A stretch of DNA of 64,000 nt, from NCBI RefSeq assembly GCF_004010195.1, contig NC_057719.1:80178709-80242708 (forward strand). The letters are read 5' to 3'. Positions 26,915-37,593 of this stretch are shown here, piece by piece. A program made the position numbers and the translations under genes. Source of the DNA: Chiloscyllium plagiosum. Taxonomy: Eukaryota. Positions within the stretch are counted from its first letter, which is position 1. Each line of letters begins with the position of its first letter. The notes under the pieces were generated by a model. The model searched no databases. It had not been told where the DNA came from and saw nothing but the letters and a program-made list of their open reading frames with translations.

Positions 26915-28430
26915 GGAGGGGAAGGTGGGAGGAAGGAAGGTGAGGAAGGGTTAAGAAAGAAATACTGGAGGAGAGTGAGAGCTCAGGGAAGAGGAGAAAA
27001 ATAAAAGGTGGAGAGTGCAGTGCTGAGGACAAGGAGGAAGATGGGAGTGAGGAGCAGGATAAAAGGAAAAGGGGAATAATGAGATTTGGAGGAGGAGTGA
27101 AGTGATTTGGAAGATGGGGAGGAGTAAGGGTGAGATTGAGTGAGGAGGGTGAGGAATGAGGCCATTTGTAGAAGTGNNNNNNNNNNNNNNNNNNNNNNNN
27201 NNNNNNNNNNNNNNNNNNNNNNNNNNNNNNNNNNNNNNNNNNNNNNNNNNNNNNNNNNNNNNNNNNNNNNNNNNNNNNNNNNNNNNNNNNNNNNNNNNNN
27301 NNNNNNNNNNNNNNNNNNNNNNNNNNNNNNNNNNNNNNNNNNNNNNNNNNNNNNNNNNNNNNNNNNNNNNNNNNNNNNNNNNNNNNNNNNNNNNNNNNNN
27401 NNNNNNNNNNNNNNNNNNNNNNNNNNNNNNNNNNNNNNNNNNNNNNNNNNNNNNNNNNNNNNNNNNNNNNNNNNNNNNNNNNNNNNNNNNNNNNNNNNNN
27501 NNNNNNNNNNNNNNNNNNNNNNNNNNNNNNNNNNNNNNNNNNNNNNNNNNNNNNNNNNNNNNNNNNNNNNNNNNNNNNNNNNNNNNNNNNNNNNNNNNNN
27601 NNNNNNNNNNNNNNNNNNNNNNNNNNNNNNNNNNNNNNNNNNNNNNNNNNNNNNNNNNNNNNNNNNNNNNNNNNNNNNNNNNNNNNNNNNNNNNNNNNNN
27701 NNNNNNNNNNNNNNNNNNNNNNNNNNNNNNNNNNNNNNNNNNNNNNNNNNNNNNNNNNNNNNNNNNNNNNNNNNNNNNNNNNNNNNNNNNNNNNNNNNNN
27801 NNNNNNNNNNNNNNNNNNNNNNNNNNNNNNNNNNNNNNNNNNNNNNNNNNNNNNNNNNNNNNNNNNNNNNNNNNNNNNNNNNNNNNNNNNNNNNNNNNNN
27901 NNNNNNNNNNNNNNNNNNNNNNNNNNNNNNNNNNNNNNNNNNNNNNNNNNNNNNNNNNNNNNNNNNNNNNNNNNNNNNNNNNNNNNNNNNNNNNNNNNNN
28001 NNNNNNNNNNNNNNNNNNNNNNNNNNNNNNNNNNNNNNNNNNNNNNNNNNNNNNNNNNNNNNGGGGAATACAGAGAGAGAGAAGGAATATTGAGAGAGAG
28101 AGAAGGAATACGACGAGAAGAGGTATACAGAGAGAAAGAGAAACGCAGAGGAAAAAAGAAAGAGGACTACAGAGAGGAGCACCGAGAGAGAGAGAGAGAG
28201 AAGGAATACGGCGAGAAGAGGGAGAGAAAGAGAAATGGAGAAAAAGAGGAATACATAGAGAGGAGGAATACCGGGAGAGAAGGAATACAGCGAGAAGAGG
28301 AGTACCAGAGAGAAAAAGGAAATCGGAGTAAAAGAGGAGGAATAGAGCGAGAGGAAAAGAGGAGAAATACAGACAGAAGAGGAATTGAGAGAGAAAAAGC
28401 TGAGAAAATGGAGACAGTGAGAGGGGTGAA
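26915..28430 (+). repeat. Polypurine (GA-rich) low-complexity tract flanking the gap
   Basis: GAGAGA/GGAGGA/GGAATA-type motifs on both sides of the gap. Confidence 0.85.
27177..28062. other. Assembly gap (886 N)
   Basis: Run of N. Confidence 1.
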
Positions 28431-28445
28431 TGTGGAGGGAGCTGT

Positions 28446-28500
28446 CCAATGGCTGATGATGGTAAATGCTGCTGTTTCCTTGCTGCCTGAGTTTATATAA
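28446..28500 (+). promoter_or_regulatory. Putative proximal promoter: CCAAT box (28446-28450) and TATA box TATATAA (28494-28500)
   Basis: Both motifs are present with plausible spacing, about 90 nt upstream of the ATG, at the edge of the CpG island. Confidence 0.55.
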
Positions 28501-28586
28501 TCGCTGTGTCAATGAGCGCCCTCGGGGGCTGCGAGCCAGGAGCCCGTGTCCCCCCCGCCCCAGCCACCGCCGCCGCCGCCTGAGGA

Positions 28587-30551
28587 ATGGGCTCCCTCCC
28601 CGAAGCCGCCGCCTCCGCCGCCGCCAGCGCCGAGCCTCCGGGGGCCTCGCCGGGCGGCGTGCCCCGCGCCGCCGCCGCCTCCGCCGGGATGGTGCGGGCG
28701 GCCGGCGACGCCAGCGCCGAGCCTCCGGGGGCCTCGCCGGGCGGCGTGCCCCGGCGCCAGGAGTCGCCGATGTTCCGCCTGGACCTGGACAACTTCGACA
28801 GCTCGGAGGCGGAGGGCAGCCGCTACGTGCTGACCAGCCCGCGCTCGCTGGAGGCCTGCGCCCGCTGCGGGGTCAGGCCGGTGGAGCTGCTGCACCGCGG
28901 CGTCAACGAGTTCGCCCGCGGGGCGCCGGGCCGCTCCATGAGGGTGGCCAGCGGCCTCTACGAGGTCTACGAGCGGGACCGCCGCAGGAAGCTGAGGGAC
29001 TGCAGGCAGGAGAGGGAGGAGATCATCCGGGAGGAGGAGGAGGAGGGCCTGAGGAGGAGGAGGAGGAGAGCGGGCGGAGGCGGGTTGCTCAGGAACAGCC
29101 TGCCCCCTTCCCCGAGCCCCGGCCGGGCCCGCAGCCTGGGCCTGGGCCCGGGCCCGGGCCGCTCCAGGAGCCAGTCGGTGGACCAACTGCAGAGGAAGCC
29201 GCCGGCGGGCGGCGAGGTGGCCTCCTCGGACTCGGGCGCCTCCTCCTGCTCCTCGGCGGCCGCCCGGGAGGCGGGCGCGTGGAGCGGCGCCGTGCCCCGG
29301 GGCCGGCCGGTGCAGGCCTGGGGCCTGGGCAAGAGCCTGAGCCTGGGCGACCTGTGCCAGTCGCCGGAGACCGCGCAGAAGGTGGCCCGGATGGCGCGCG
29401 AGGTGCGGCGGAGCGCGCGCGCCGAGGTGCCCGCGCGGGACCGCAAGATCGCCGCGCTGATGCTCGCCCGGCACCAGGAGGAGGAGCTGCTGAGCAGCCG
29501 CAGCCACCGCACGCACGTGGAGTGGGAGGCGCGGCGCCGGCGCGAGGCGGCGAGGCGCGAGGCCGAGGAGCGCGAGCGGCAGAGCGCGCTGCGGCACGGC
29601 CAGCGCGCGTGGGAGAGCCGGCGCGAGGCGCGGCGCTCGCAGCTGAGCCGCGAGCAGGGCGAGGCGGCCAGCGTCCGGCAGCAGCGCTCCGCCCTGCACG
29701 AGGAGAAGTGGAGGCTGCTGGCGGGCAGCCAGGAGCGCCAGAGGCGGGGCCGGCGGGAGCACGCGAGGCTCGAGGCGCGGGAGAGGAAGGCGCAGCAGGA
29801 GCAGCAGCTCAGGGCCCAGGAGCTCGAGGACGAGGCGGGCGTGCAGCTGCGCGGCCGGCTGCTGCACCAGAAGCTGGCGCTGGCCGGGCACAAGAAGGAG
29901 GAGAAGGAGCAGAGGCAGGCCGAGCAGAGGAAGCTGGCCAACGCGGTGGAGCGGCTGAAGCACGAGGCCGCCCTGCGGGAGATCTCCAGGGAGGTGGAGA
30001 TGGAGAGGAAGGTGCTGAGGCGGTCCCTGGAGCAGAAGCTGGCCCGCTCGCAGGAGAAGTACGAGCAGCTGGTGGAGAAGCGCAACAGGGAGCTGAGGGA
30101 GAGGGCCAGCCGCGAGGAGCTGCAGATCCGGCGCGCGAGGGTGGCCGCCGAGCAGCACGAGCGGGAGCACCAGCAGCACCTGGAGGCGCTGGCGCGAGCC
30201 GCCGACAGGAGGCTGCAGCACGCGACCCAGGTGGCCCAGGAGAAGATCCACGAGGTGTCCCGCAGGGCCGTGGAGAGCAGGGCGGAGCGGGAGCGGGTGC
30301 ACCGGCTCAACAGGACGAAGCTGCAGGAGGACGAGGAGTGCAAGCGGAGGGAGATCCAGGACTCCATCAGCAGGAAGCTGGAGAAGAGCGAACGCATCTT
30401 CCGGGAGAGGCAGATCGCCCTGGAGAACTCGCGGTCCTTGGCCAGGGCCTCCTTCCAAATCCGGGACAAGGTGCGCCTGGAAATAAACACCAGGACTTTC
30501 GACAAGATGGCCCTCGAGGCAGAACTGCATGCCCACCTGGACAAAAAGTAG
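28587..30551 (+). CDS. CCDC177: Coiled-coil domain-containing protein 177-like (CCDC177/CCDC185, DUF4659 family), single coding exon, 654 aa
   Basis: Intact ORF with motifs I recognise from CCDC177: SPMFRLDLDNFDSSEAEGSRYVLTSPRSLEACARCGVRPVELL, PGRSMRVASGLYEVYE, SLSLGDL..SPETAQ, RDRKIAALMLARHQEE and C-terminal ARASFQIRDKVR.E.NTRTFDKM..EAELHAHLDKK. In-frame TGA at 28581 precedes the ATG; alternative start at ATG 28689. Orthology versus paralog CCDC185 needs synteny or phylogeny. Confidence 0.9.
   Translation: MGSLPEAAASAAASAEPPGASPGGVPRAAAASAGMVRAAGDASAEPPGASPGGVPRRQESPMFRLDLDNFDSSEAEGSRYVLTSPRSLEACARCGVRPVELLHRGVNEFARGAPGRSMRVASGLYEVYERDRRRKLRDCRQEREEIIREEEEEGLRRRRRRAGGGGLLRNSLPPSPSPGRARSLGLGPGPGRSRSQSVDQLQRKPPAGGEVASSDSGASSCSSAAAREAGAWSGAVPRGRPVQAWGLGKSLSLGDLCQSPETAQKVARMAREVRRSARAEVPARDRKIAALMLARHQEEELLSSRSHRTHVEWEARRRREAARREAEERERQSALRHGQRAWESRREARRSQLSREQGEAASVRQQRSALHEEKWRLLAGSQERQRRGRREHARLEARERKAQQEQQLRAQELEDEAGVQLRGRLLHQKLALAGHKKEEKEQRQAEQRKLANAVERLKHEAALREISREVEMERKVLRRSLEQKLARSQEKYEQLVEKRNRELRERASREELQIRRARVAAEQHEREHQQHLEALARAADRRLQHATQVAQEKIHEVSRRAVESRAERERVHRLNRTKLQEDEECKRREIQDSISRKLEKSERIFRERQIALENSRSLARASFQIRDKVRLEINTRTFDKMALEAELHAHLDKK
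28622..28753 (+). repeat. Perfect 45-bp direct repeat (28622-28666, 28709-28753) encoding ASAEPPGASPGGVPR twice
   Basis: cgccagcgccgagcctccgggggcctcgccgggcggcgtgccccg occurs twice. Confidence 0.95.
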
Positions 30552-32502
30552 GCCGGGCAGAGTTCCCCCCTCTCAACCTCTGCGCTCATCCAGGGAACCA
30601 ACCCAAAGTCTGCCCTTTTTTTATATATATAACTGTTTATATTGCGGGAGATTCAGTGTGTTGTGCAGCATACCATGTGCGTAATGCTTTGATGTTGAAA
30701 AGGGTACAGAGCACAATTGAGCAACTGGGCAAAGGGTGTCTTTGATTTAAAGTTGCCTTTATCAGGCTTTAACACTTATTCAGCTGAATGTTTGTACAGC
30801 CCTGTGCTCCTTTTAATGGGTATGAAACGTTGGCAGCTACTAAACTTCGTCTATGGAAGGGATATCTTGTTCCATACGATATGGCCAAGATCCTTTCTCG
30901 CAGGACCAATCTATACGGTACACAGTCGCTGTAGATTCTTTTTTTAGTTTCAAAGTTACCGTTTAAACACTGGAATGTCTTAACTCTGGTCTAACCTCGT
31001 TCGCCCAAGCTGCTGGGATCTTCGTAGGAAAAATCCTTTATCTGGTCCACTTACATCAGTTTTGATCAAACAAAGTTAGTGCAATAAGTTTGAACTTTTA
31101 GGTTTACAGTGAATGGATGTACTGAGTGAGTGTAGATTGTTGAAAAGTGTGGTTGGTACGGCAGCGAATTTGGATTGCGAGTGAACAGAGAAGTGAACTC
31201 AGGTACTGGAAAGGCTGGAAACGAGTGGGAAATGAGGTGGAGTGGTGAATGGGAATGGTTTCGTCCGAACTCAGGAATATGTAATCAGTAATCGGACCCG
31301 AAAGATGGGAAATTGCTATTCCTCAGGTTAAGGTTCCATTTTGAAATCCAGCCTTATCTGGTTAGCATTGCGGCTGTGACCACAGAAGTGTCCCATATCC
31401 TGTGTGTTTGGGGAAGGAGTCTCTCCGATTGATTCCCCACCCAACTACTATTTTCTCACATCCCAGTCCTTCCCTTTGGTATTTATTTGCGTTATGGGAA
31501 TATTGATCCATTCAGGGATTGAATTTCATATGAAGCATCTGCTGTCTGGTCTGTTAAGTGGATTGATGCCTTGTGGACCAGGGATAATGGGAGGGATGGT
31601 GAAAGGGATGACGAAAGAGAGCACATATATACATATAGTATATACTACACTATTGGAGTGCTTCATCTCTTTACCTCCACGCCATCCCCAGAATGTTATT
31701 TAATTTAAATCTAAGTTTCCTTTGAAAGTGGTTATTTGTTAGTGATTCTATGAGATTCTACAATTCTATTCTATGATTCTACAGTGCCACATTAGGGGCT
31801 CCTCCGTTCATTAACAAATTTTATTTAATAATTTTTAAGAGTGGACATGTACAGTAAACATACCTTCACCACAAATATATTGATGTGGTGTTGAATGTTT
31901 GTCAATAACATTGGCGAGATCGTTGTTGAATTAACCAAAGCTGTCATAGTTAATCACACGCACCCTTGTATTGTTGCTATTGCTAGTGGACTAGTAAAGA
32001 ACAGGAGGTGAGTTTCAGGAGCACTGTGATAATTGGAGAACTTTTAAAAGTCTGGAAATAAACTGGTACAGTGAGAAAGAAAAGAGTCCAGGAGGTTGTC
32101 GGACAGTTGCTCAAAACTTAATGAGAAACCAGCCTATGTATGTGACTCCAGTGTCACATTGAACCCTTAACTGCCCTTGGAAGCGGCCTAAAAGGCAAGG
32201 CATAGTCTCACCATCTTCTCAGGGTGGCTATGGTTGAGTGTGTACATCAGCCTTGTCAGTGTGATCTCATATCCTGAGACTGACCTTTAAAACATTGAAG
32301 TGTTGACAAAGCCATCATCAACTGGGACTTGCTCCTCCCCCTCTCCCAGTCAAAACATCTCAATCTGATTTTTACAGGAGAATCGATCAAAGACGGGATA
32401 GGAATTGTGAATTTTTGCCACCCTACGTACACTCTGTCCACAGTGCCATCTGTTCAGTGTGAGAAGAAAGCAGACTATCGAGGTGGCATTCCCAACATTG
32501 TG

Positions 32503-32689
32503 GAGAAAGTGAGGTCTGCAGATGGTGGAGATCAGAGCTGGAAATGTGTTGCTGGAAAAGCGCAGCAGGTCAGGCAGCATCCAGGGAACAGGAGAATCGA
32601 CGTTTCGGGCATAAGCCCTTCTTCAGGATTCCTGAAGAAGGGCTTATGCCCGAAACGTCGATTCTCCTGTTCCCTGGATGCTGCCTGAC
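32503..32689. mobile_element. Palindromic mini-PLE (family A) with a hammerhead motif on each strand and 16-bp TSD
   Basis: Perfect 61-bp inverted repeat 32568-32628/32630-32690; TSD cattcccaacattgtg at 32487-32502 and 32690-32705. Confidence 0.9.
32630..32670 (+). ncRNA. Minimal hammerhead ribozyme-like motif (family A)
   Basis: tc-CTGAAGA-a-GGGC-ttat-GCCC-GAAAC-GTC-ga: conserved core, 4-bp stem II, palindromic ACGT in place of helix III. Confidence 0.7.
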
Positions 32690-33406
32690 CATTCCCAACA
32701 TTGTGCCCACCCGGCAAGTTTGTAGGCACACACGTAGAAATAATAGCAATTACATGAGTCACATTGTGTAGGTTCTTCACAAATCATGCTGCTTACACAT
32801 TCCCGTCCTCCCAAATTATCCTTTTTTTGCCAAAATGTTCAACATATTCACTTTGCTTTTTAATTAATTCATCCACAGAAGCTATTGTGACAGCAAAAGC
32901 TGCAAAATCCTTATTGGGTTACAGTTCTTAAGTGGTGCTTGCCTTCATCCTGTTCGCAAGCTTCCGTGGCCTTGCCCCTCCCTATCACTCCACTGCCTTA
33001 ACCTTTCATATTCTTGTTTTTAATTGCTCCTTTATTTCTGCATTTTTGCACATTCATTCCTTGTCAAAGCATTGTATCCCAAGTAGTGCAGTTGAGCATT
33101 AGGAGCAGCTAGTCCATTGTTGATTGGTGTCTGGGATTTATATCCCTCTGGTACCCTTGATGCTAGGGGTGACCTGCCGCTGTCTCAGTTAAATGCCTGA
33201 TTAATTGATATTTAATACAGGTTGGCCTTCCTTGAGAGAGATGGCATGGAATTGCTACCAGGTAGAAGGCAAGATCTCCACCACCTGTAATAAATTATGT
33301 TCAAATTATCCACTAAGTTGAAGCACTTCTTCAAAATTGTTGAACCTTGTTTTTAACTTTTCTGTTCATAGGGAGTATCTTTTCATAACAGTCAGGTATC
33401 AGTAGC

Positions 33407-33982
33407 TGTGACTCCTGTTGTGGACTAGAACAAACCCTCTCAAACTATGCAGAAGATAGTCTACGTCCTAATTTTTTTTAACTTTAAAGGTAAACGTAAG
33501 GGGTTGCATTCCAGATGCAATTTGCTTGGCCAAACTACTGAGTTTAAAGCAAAATGCACTCTAGTCATCCAATATAGTTAAAATACAACAAAAGAAGGAA
33601 TTGTGAATAAGTTAGCTTTATTGGAAAACCAAACAGGATAATAGATACAGCAACTACTACTAATTAACTGTGTCAGCATATTCAAAACACAGCTTGTCTC
33701 ATATGCAGCTCCTGTAGCAGCAGAGAATACCCAGCTTAACCTAGAGAGGGAAAGAATGGCTTTCACTTCTTAAAGACCCTATCAGCAACTGCTGAAAGCT
33801 AAAGATTTTGGTTCTCTGAGAGCTTGACCACACCCACTCAGGCTGCTTCTATTGTTCCAACTCTAAAAAGAAACCCTGCGGTCTCTCCAGCTGTTTACTC
33901 CCTTACAGATCTCTTGGCGCTCTCATGCAATCTCACTTTTAAAAAAAAACAAAGTAATCTTTTAAAGCTACAACATTGTCAC
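33407..33982. mobile_element. Possible solo LTR or MITE (about 575 bp)
   Basis: Imperfect inverted termini gtgactcctgttgtgg / ctacaacattgtcac; no clear TSD. Confidence 0.3.
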
Positions 33983-34235
33983 GCCCCTTAATCACACAAC
34001 CACAACCTGACCTCTTTCCCATCCATTTCTAACACAACAGTTCTCCAATCCTCATCCGTTCACATGCAATCTAAACAAAATATCATTTGGTTTAACGCAA
34101 TCTACATCCATCTAAATATGAAACCCCAAAGAACCATCAATTTTTTTAAACCCCAATGCATTTTGCACCCTAGCTCCCCACCTCATCCTTTCCATGCGCT
34201 AGCTTACAAAATTGTTTGTACTAATGACTCGTATA

Positions 34236-34358
34236 TTCCTGATGAAGGGCTTATGCCCGAAACGTCGATTCTCCTGAGCCACGGATGCTGCCTGACCTGC
34301 TGTGCTTTTCCACATTTTCAACTCTGATTCTCCAGCATCTGCAGTCCTTATTTTCTCC
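34236..34358 (+). mobile_element. PLE family A single pLTR beginning at an intact hammerhead motif (CTGATGA at 34239)
   Basis: ttc-CTGATGA-a-gggcttatgccc-GAAACGTC-gattctcctg...ttttctcc. Confidence 0.85.
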
Positions 34359-34722
34359 TAAAATCTTCTTTTTGCCATATATCAACCTTAAACCTGTGAT
34401 AAGACTTCTTATCTAAATCCAAGCCCAATCACTCCAGTTCCTAATTAATGTGCTGTACAAAAACAGTAATTAGCTTTTAGTGGTTAATTGGTTCAGAGAT
34501 TATATTTGCAAGGAAAACTCCCCGGGTCTTTTCAAAACAGTGGCATGGGATCGTTTACAGTTGCCTGAAAGGACAGGCAGGGATTGAATTCAGGATCTCA
34601 CATGAAAGTTGGCACTATCATCCTTCCTCGGGACTGCAACGGGGTGTCAGCCCGGATCTGGGCTTAAGGCTGTGATGTCATATTTGTACCTGTGATATTC
34701 TGACTCAGAAGACGGTGTAGTG

Positions 34723-35034
34723 TAGATTAGATTACATTACAGCGTGGAAACAGGCCCTTCGGCCCAACAAGTCCACACCGACCCGCCGAAGCGCAACCCA
34801 CCCCTGCCCCTACATTTACCCCTTACCTAACACTACGGGCAATTTAGCATGGCCAATTCACCTGACCTGCACATCTTTGGACTGTGGGAGGAAACCGGAG
34901 CACCCGGAGGAAACCCACGCAGACACGGGGAGAACGTGCAAACTCCACACAGTTAGTCGCCTGAGGCGGGAATTGAACCCGGGTCTCAGGCGCTGTGAGG
35001 CAGCAGTGCTAACCACTGTGCCACCGTGCCGCCC
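34723..35034 (-). mobile_element. HE1-type V-SINE, full length
   Basis: Near-identical to the 3508 and 12957 copies. Confidence 0.92.
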
Positions 35035-35559
35035 ACGGTGCAACGGAAACTGGAGGTTTATTTGCAGTTCAAGTCCAGTGGCAGGTCAAAAACCCCTCAG
35101 TTAGACATCCTGAATACAGTGAAAAAAATCAAATTCTGGAGATCACAGCGGGTCAACAAAACATTAGTTTGCTCTTTCTCTCTGTCTCCCCATGGATGCT
35201 GACTGACCCGCTGTGATCTCTAGCATTTGTTGTTTTCAGCACAGATTCTGGGATCTGCAGTAATTTGCTCCCAGCTCCTGAATATAGGATGCTTCCTGAA
35301 TTGCCTAAACTACTCTGACTAGCTATTGATCATCACCATTGCTCTGGGCTTTTCCACTTGACAATCAAAGTTTAATAAGTCAGTCAAGAATACAAGCACA
35401 CCACTGGCGTACATTCTCAACGATAACTATAAAGCAAGCAGAGATAACAGTGGCACAGTGAAATTGTCATTTGTACAGTAATCTAGATGCTTAGGGTAAA
35501 GCTCTGAAAGCAGGGATTTTGCTGTGCAGTCATAGTGTCCCTACTTCTGGTCCAGTGGG

Positions 35560-37170
35560 TTGTACTAACAATTCTGAACACTGAAAGTATCCATGCAAAG
35601 CAGAGAGGTTACATTAAATCTGTAGAGATTTTTGGTTTGATCGCACTCAGTACTACATAGAGGTCTGTCTCTGTAAGAGTATATAAAGGTACTGGTGAAG
35701 GTAGAAGATGTACAATCCTGAAAACAGGCTGAGAGGTTATGATTATTCTTGAAAACAGAAGAATGAGGAGATAATCTGATGGACGCCTTTTATGTACGAA
35801 GGGACCTAAATATTCAGGAAAAGCGCAGCAGGCCAGGCAGCATCCAGGGAACAGGAGAATCGACGTTTCGGGCATAAGCCCGAAGGGATTATGCCCGAAA
35901 CGTCAATTCTCCTGTTCCCTGGATGCTGCCTGACCTGCTGCGCTTTTCCAGCAACACATTTTCAACTCTGATCTCCAGCATCTGCAGACCTCGCTTTCTC
36001 CTAAATATTCAGGGGCATGTGAACTTCTGAGAAGGACAGGCAGGTAAGAAAGGTGGTGGGGTCGCTTTGTAAATATAGGATAGAACTAAAATGATAGCAA
36101 GGAATGATCTTGAACTGAAAGATGTAGATTCCATATGGATTGACGTAAGAAATAATTGGAAGAAGTCACTCATGGGAGTAGTTGTTTGGTAGGATAGAGA
36201 ATAAATCAGGATATAATGAATATGTGTTTTTAAAAAAAGGCAGTACATTAATCATGGATGACTTTAATCATCACATAGATTGGGAAAATCAAATTGGCAG
36301 ACTTAGCCATGAGGAAAAGTGTATTTGGGAAGACTTCCTCGAGTAATATGTTGTGGATCCGACCAGGGATAAAGCTGTTTTGGATCTGATAACGTGGTAA
36401 TCAGGCGTGTTTAATAAATGACCTCCAGATTACAAATGATCTCCCTGTTTCCTTGGGAACAGTGACCATAACATGGTAGAAATTAGCATGAGGTTTGAGA
36501 GGGAGAAACTCAGGTCAGAGACAGTTGCGATAAACTCAAATAAGGGCAATTGGAATAGAATAAGAAGTGAGCTTGCTGGAGTGGACCGTGTAAGGAATTT
36601 AGCAGCAGAGACAGTGTAAGCACAAGGGCAGATGTTTAAGAAGATAATTGATGTCTCACAGCAAAGAGATATTTCAGCAAGAAAGATAGATTTCAGGAAG
36701 GGGTAGTTATCCAGTGAAGGTAAGGACAGCATCAGATTGAAAGAAAAAAATACAGTGTAGCAAAGATTGGTGGTAAGCTAAAGGATTAGAAAAGTTTTAA
36801 AAACCACCAAAAAAAGAAGAAAATAATGTTGATTGTAAACTTGCTAATAATGTCAAGTCAGACAGCAAAAGCTTCTTTAAGTATATAAAATAGCATACTT
36901 CTACTCCCACATCTTATCCCTCTTATGGACTTGATACATCAGATTTAGAGAGAGAAAGTTTGTATTTCAGGGAAATTCCTGGGGCTCAAAAAATCTGAGA
37001 TAGTCATTAATAAATCCAATAAGGAATTGAAGTCTTCATCCAAGAATGGGGAGGGGTGGGTGACGTGGAACATGGTGTGATGTGAAATGGTTTTGGTAAA
37101 TAGCATAGGTGTGTTGAAGTGAAACATAGATAAGTACAGAGAGCAGAAAGGAATGTAAGGATACACTTAG
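35560..37170 (+). mobile_element. CR1 endonuclease-region remnant
   Basis: LNIQG...RRTGR..GGGVAL, DFN...IDW, PTRDKAVLDL, LGNSDHNMVE motifs. Confidence 0.7.
35819..35999. mobile_element. Palindromic mini-PLE (family A) with 14-bp TSD inside the CR1 endonuclease region
   Basis: TSD cctaaatattcagg at 35805-35818 and 36000-36013; arms meet at about 35880 within the hammerhead motif. Confidence 0.9.
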
Positions 37171-37593
37171 AGAATTAGGTTGGCAGTTAAAGTTTCACCC
37201 ACTGCATGTTTGGGCAGTTATACAGCAGGCATCTGTGGAGAGGGCAAGGAGCAGGGAATGCCCTCTCACCACTTCATTAAATGGTCCTTCTCCCACCCCA
37301 CCCCACCCCCAGCACACAACCATGGCACTCAGCTGCTGAACTCTCTGATCGATCCTTCACCTCCTGGCTCCCCCCAAGGCTCATGGATGAAGAACAGCTT
37401 TAAAGCAGACCGCGGGGAGTTGCGTAATGTCCAGGGTTGGCCTGCAATCTCCATCCATTGAAGATGAATTATCCAGACATTCCTGTGAGCAACTCGATGT
37501 AGGGGGGGGTGAGGGGTGATCAGCATTAAGGCATTAAAGAGAAGGGTGTGTTTGATTTGATTTTCTTTACACACACTTTCCTTTGTTTGTCAT

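Larger units (their letters stand above)
28515..30560. promoter_or_regulatory. CpG island covering the 5' UTR and entire CDS
   Basis: Abrupt switch to very high GC and abundant CpG against a CpG-poor background. Confidence 0.85.

Noticed and set aside
26983..28512. Long ORFs of 317-509 aa across the gap
   Set aside because: Artefacts of translating N and low-complexity GA sequence
28509..30601. 675-aa and 544-aa antisense ORFs
   Set aside because: Shadow ORFs of GC-rich codon usage; Leu- or Ser/Arg/Cys-rich mirror composition
28466..30745. 759-aa alternative-frame ORF on + overlapping the gene
   Set aside because: Its first codon position is the real gene's third position (almost always G/C), so T-initiated stops are nearly absent; low-complexity G/A/R/P product with no recognisable motif
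32503..32689. Palindromes as DNA-transposon MITEs, CRISPR repeats, terminators or pre-miRNAs
   Set aside because: Arms are unequal, TSD lengths vary, the sequence equals a PLE 3' end, and there is no spacer array
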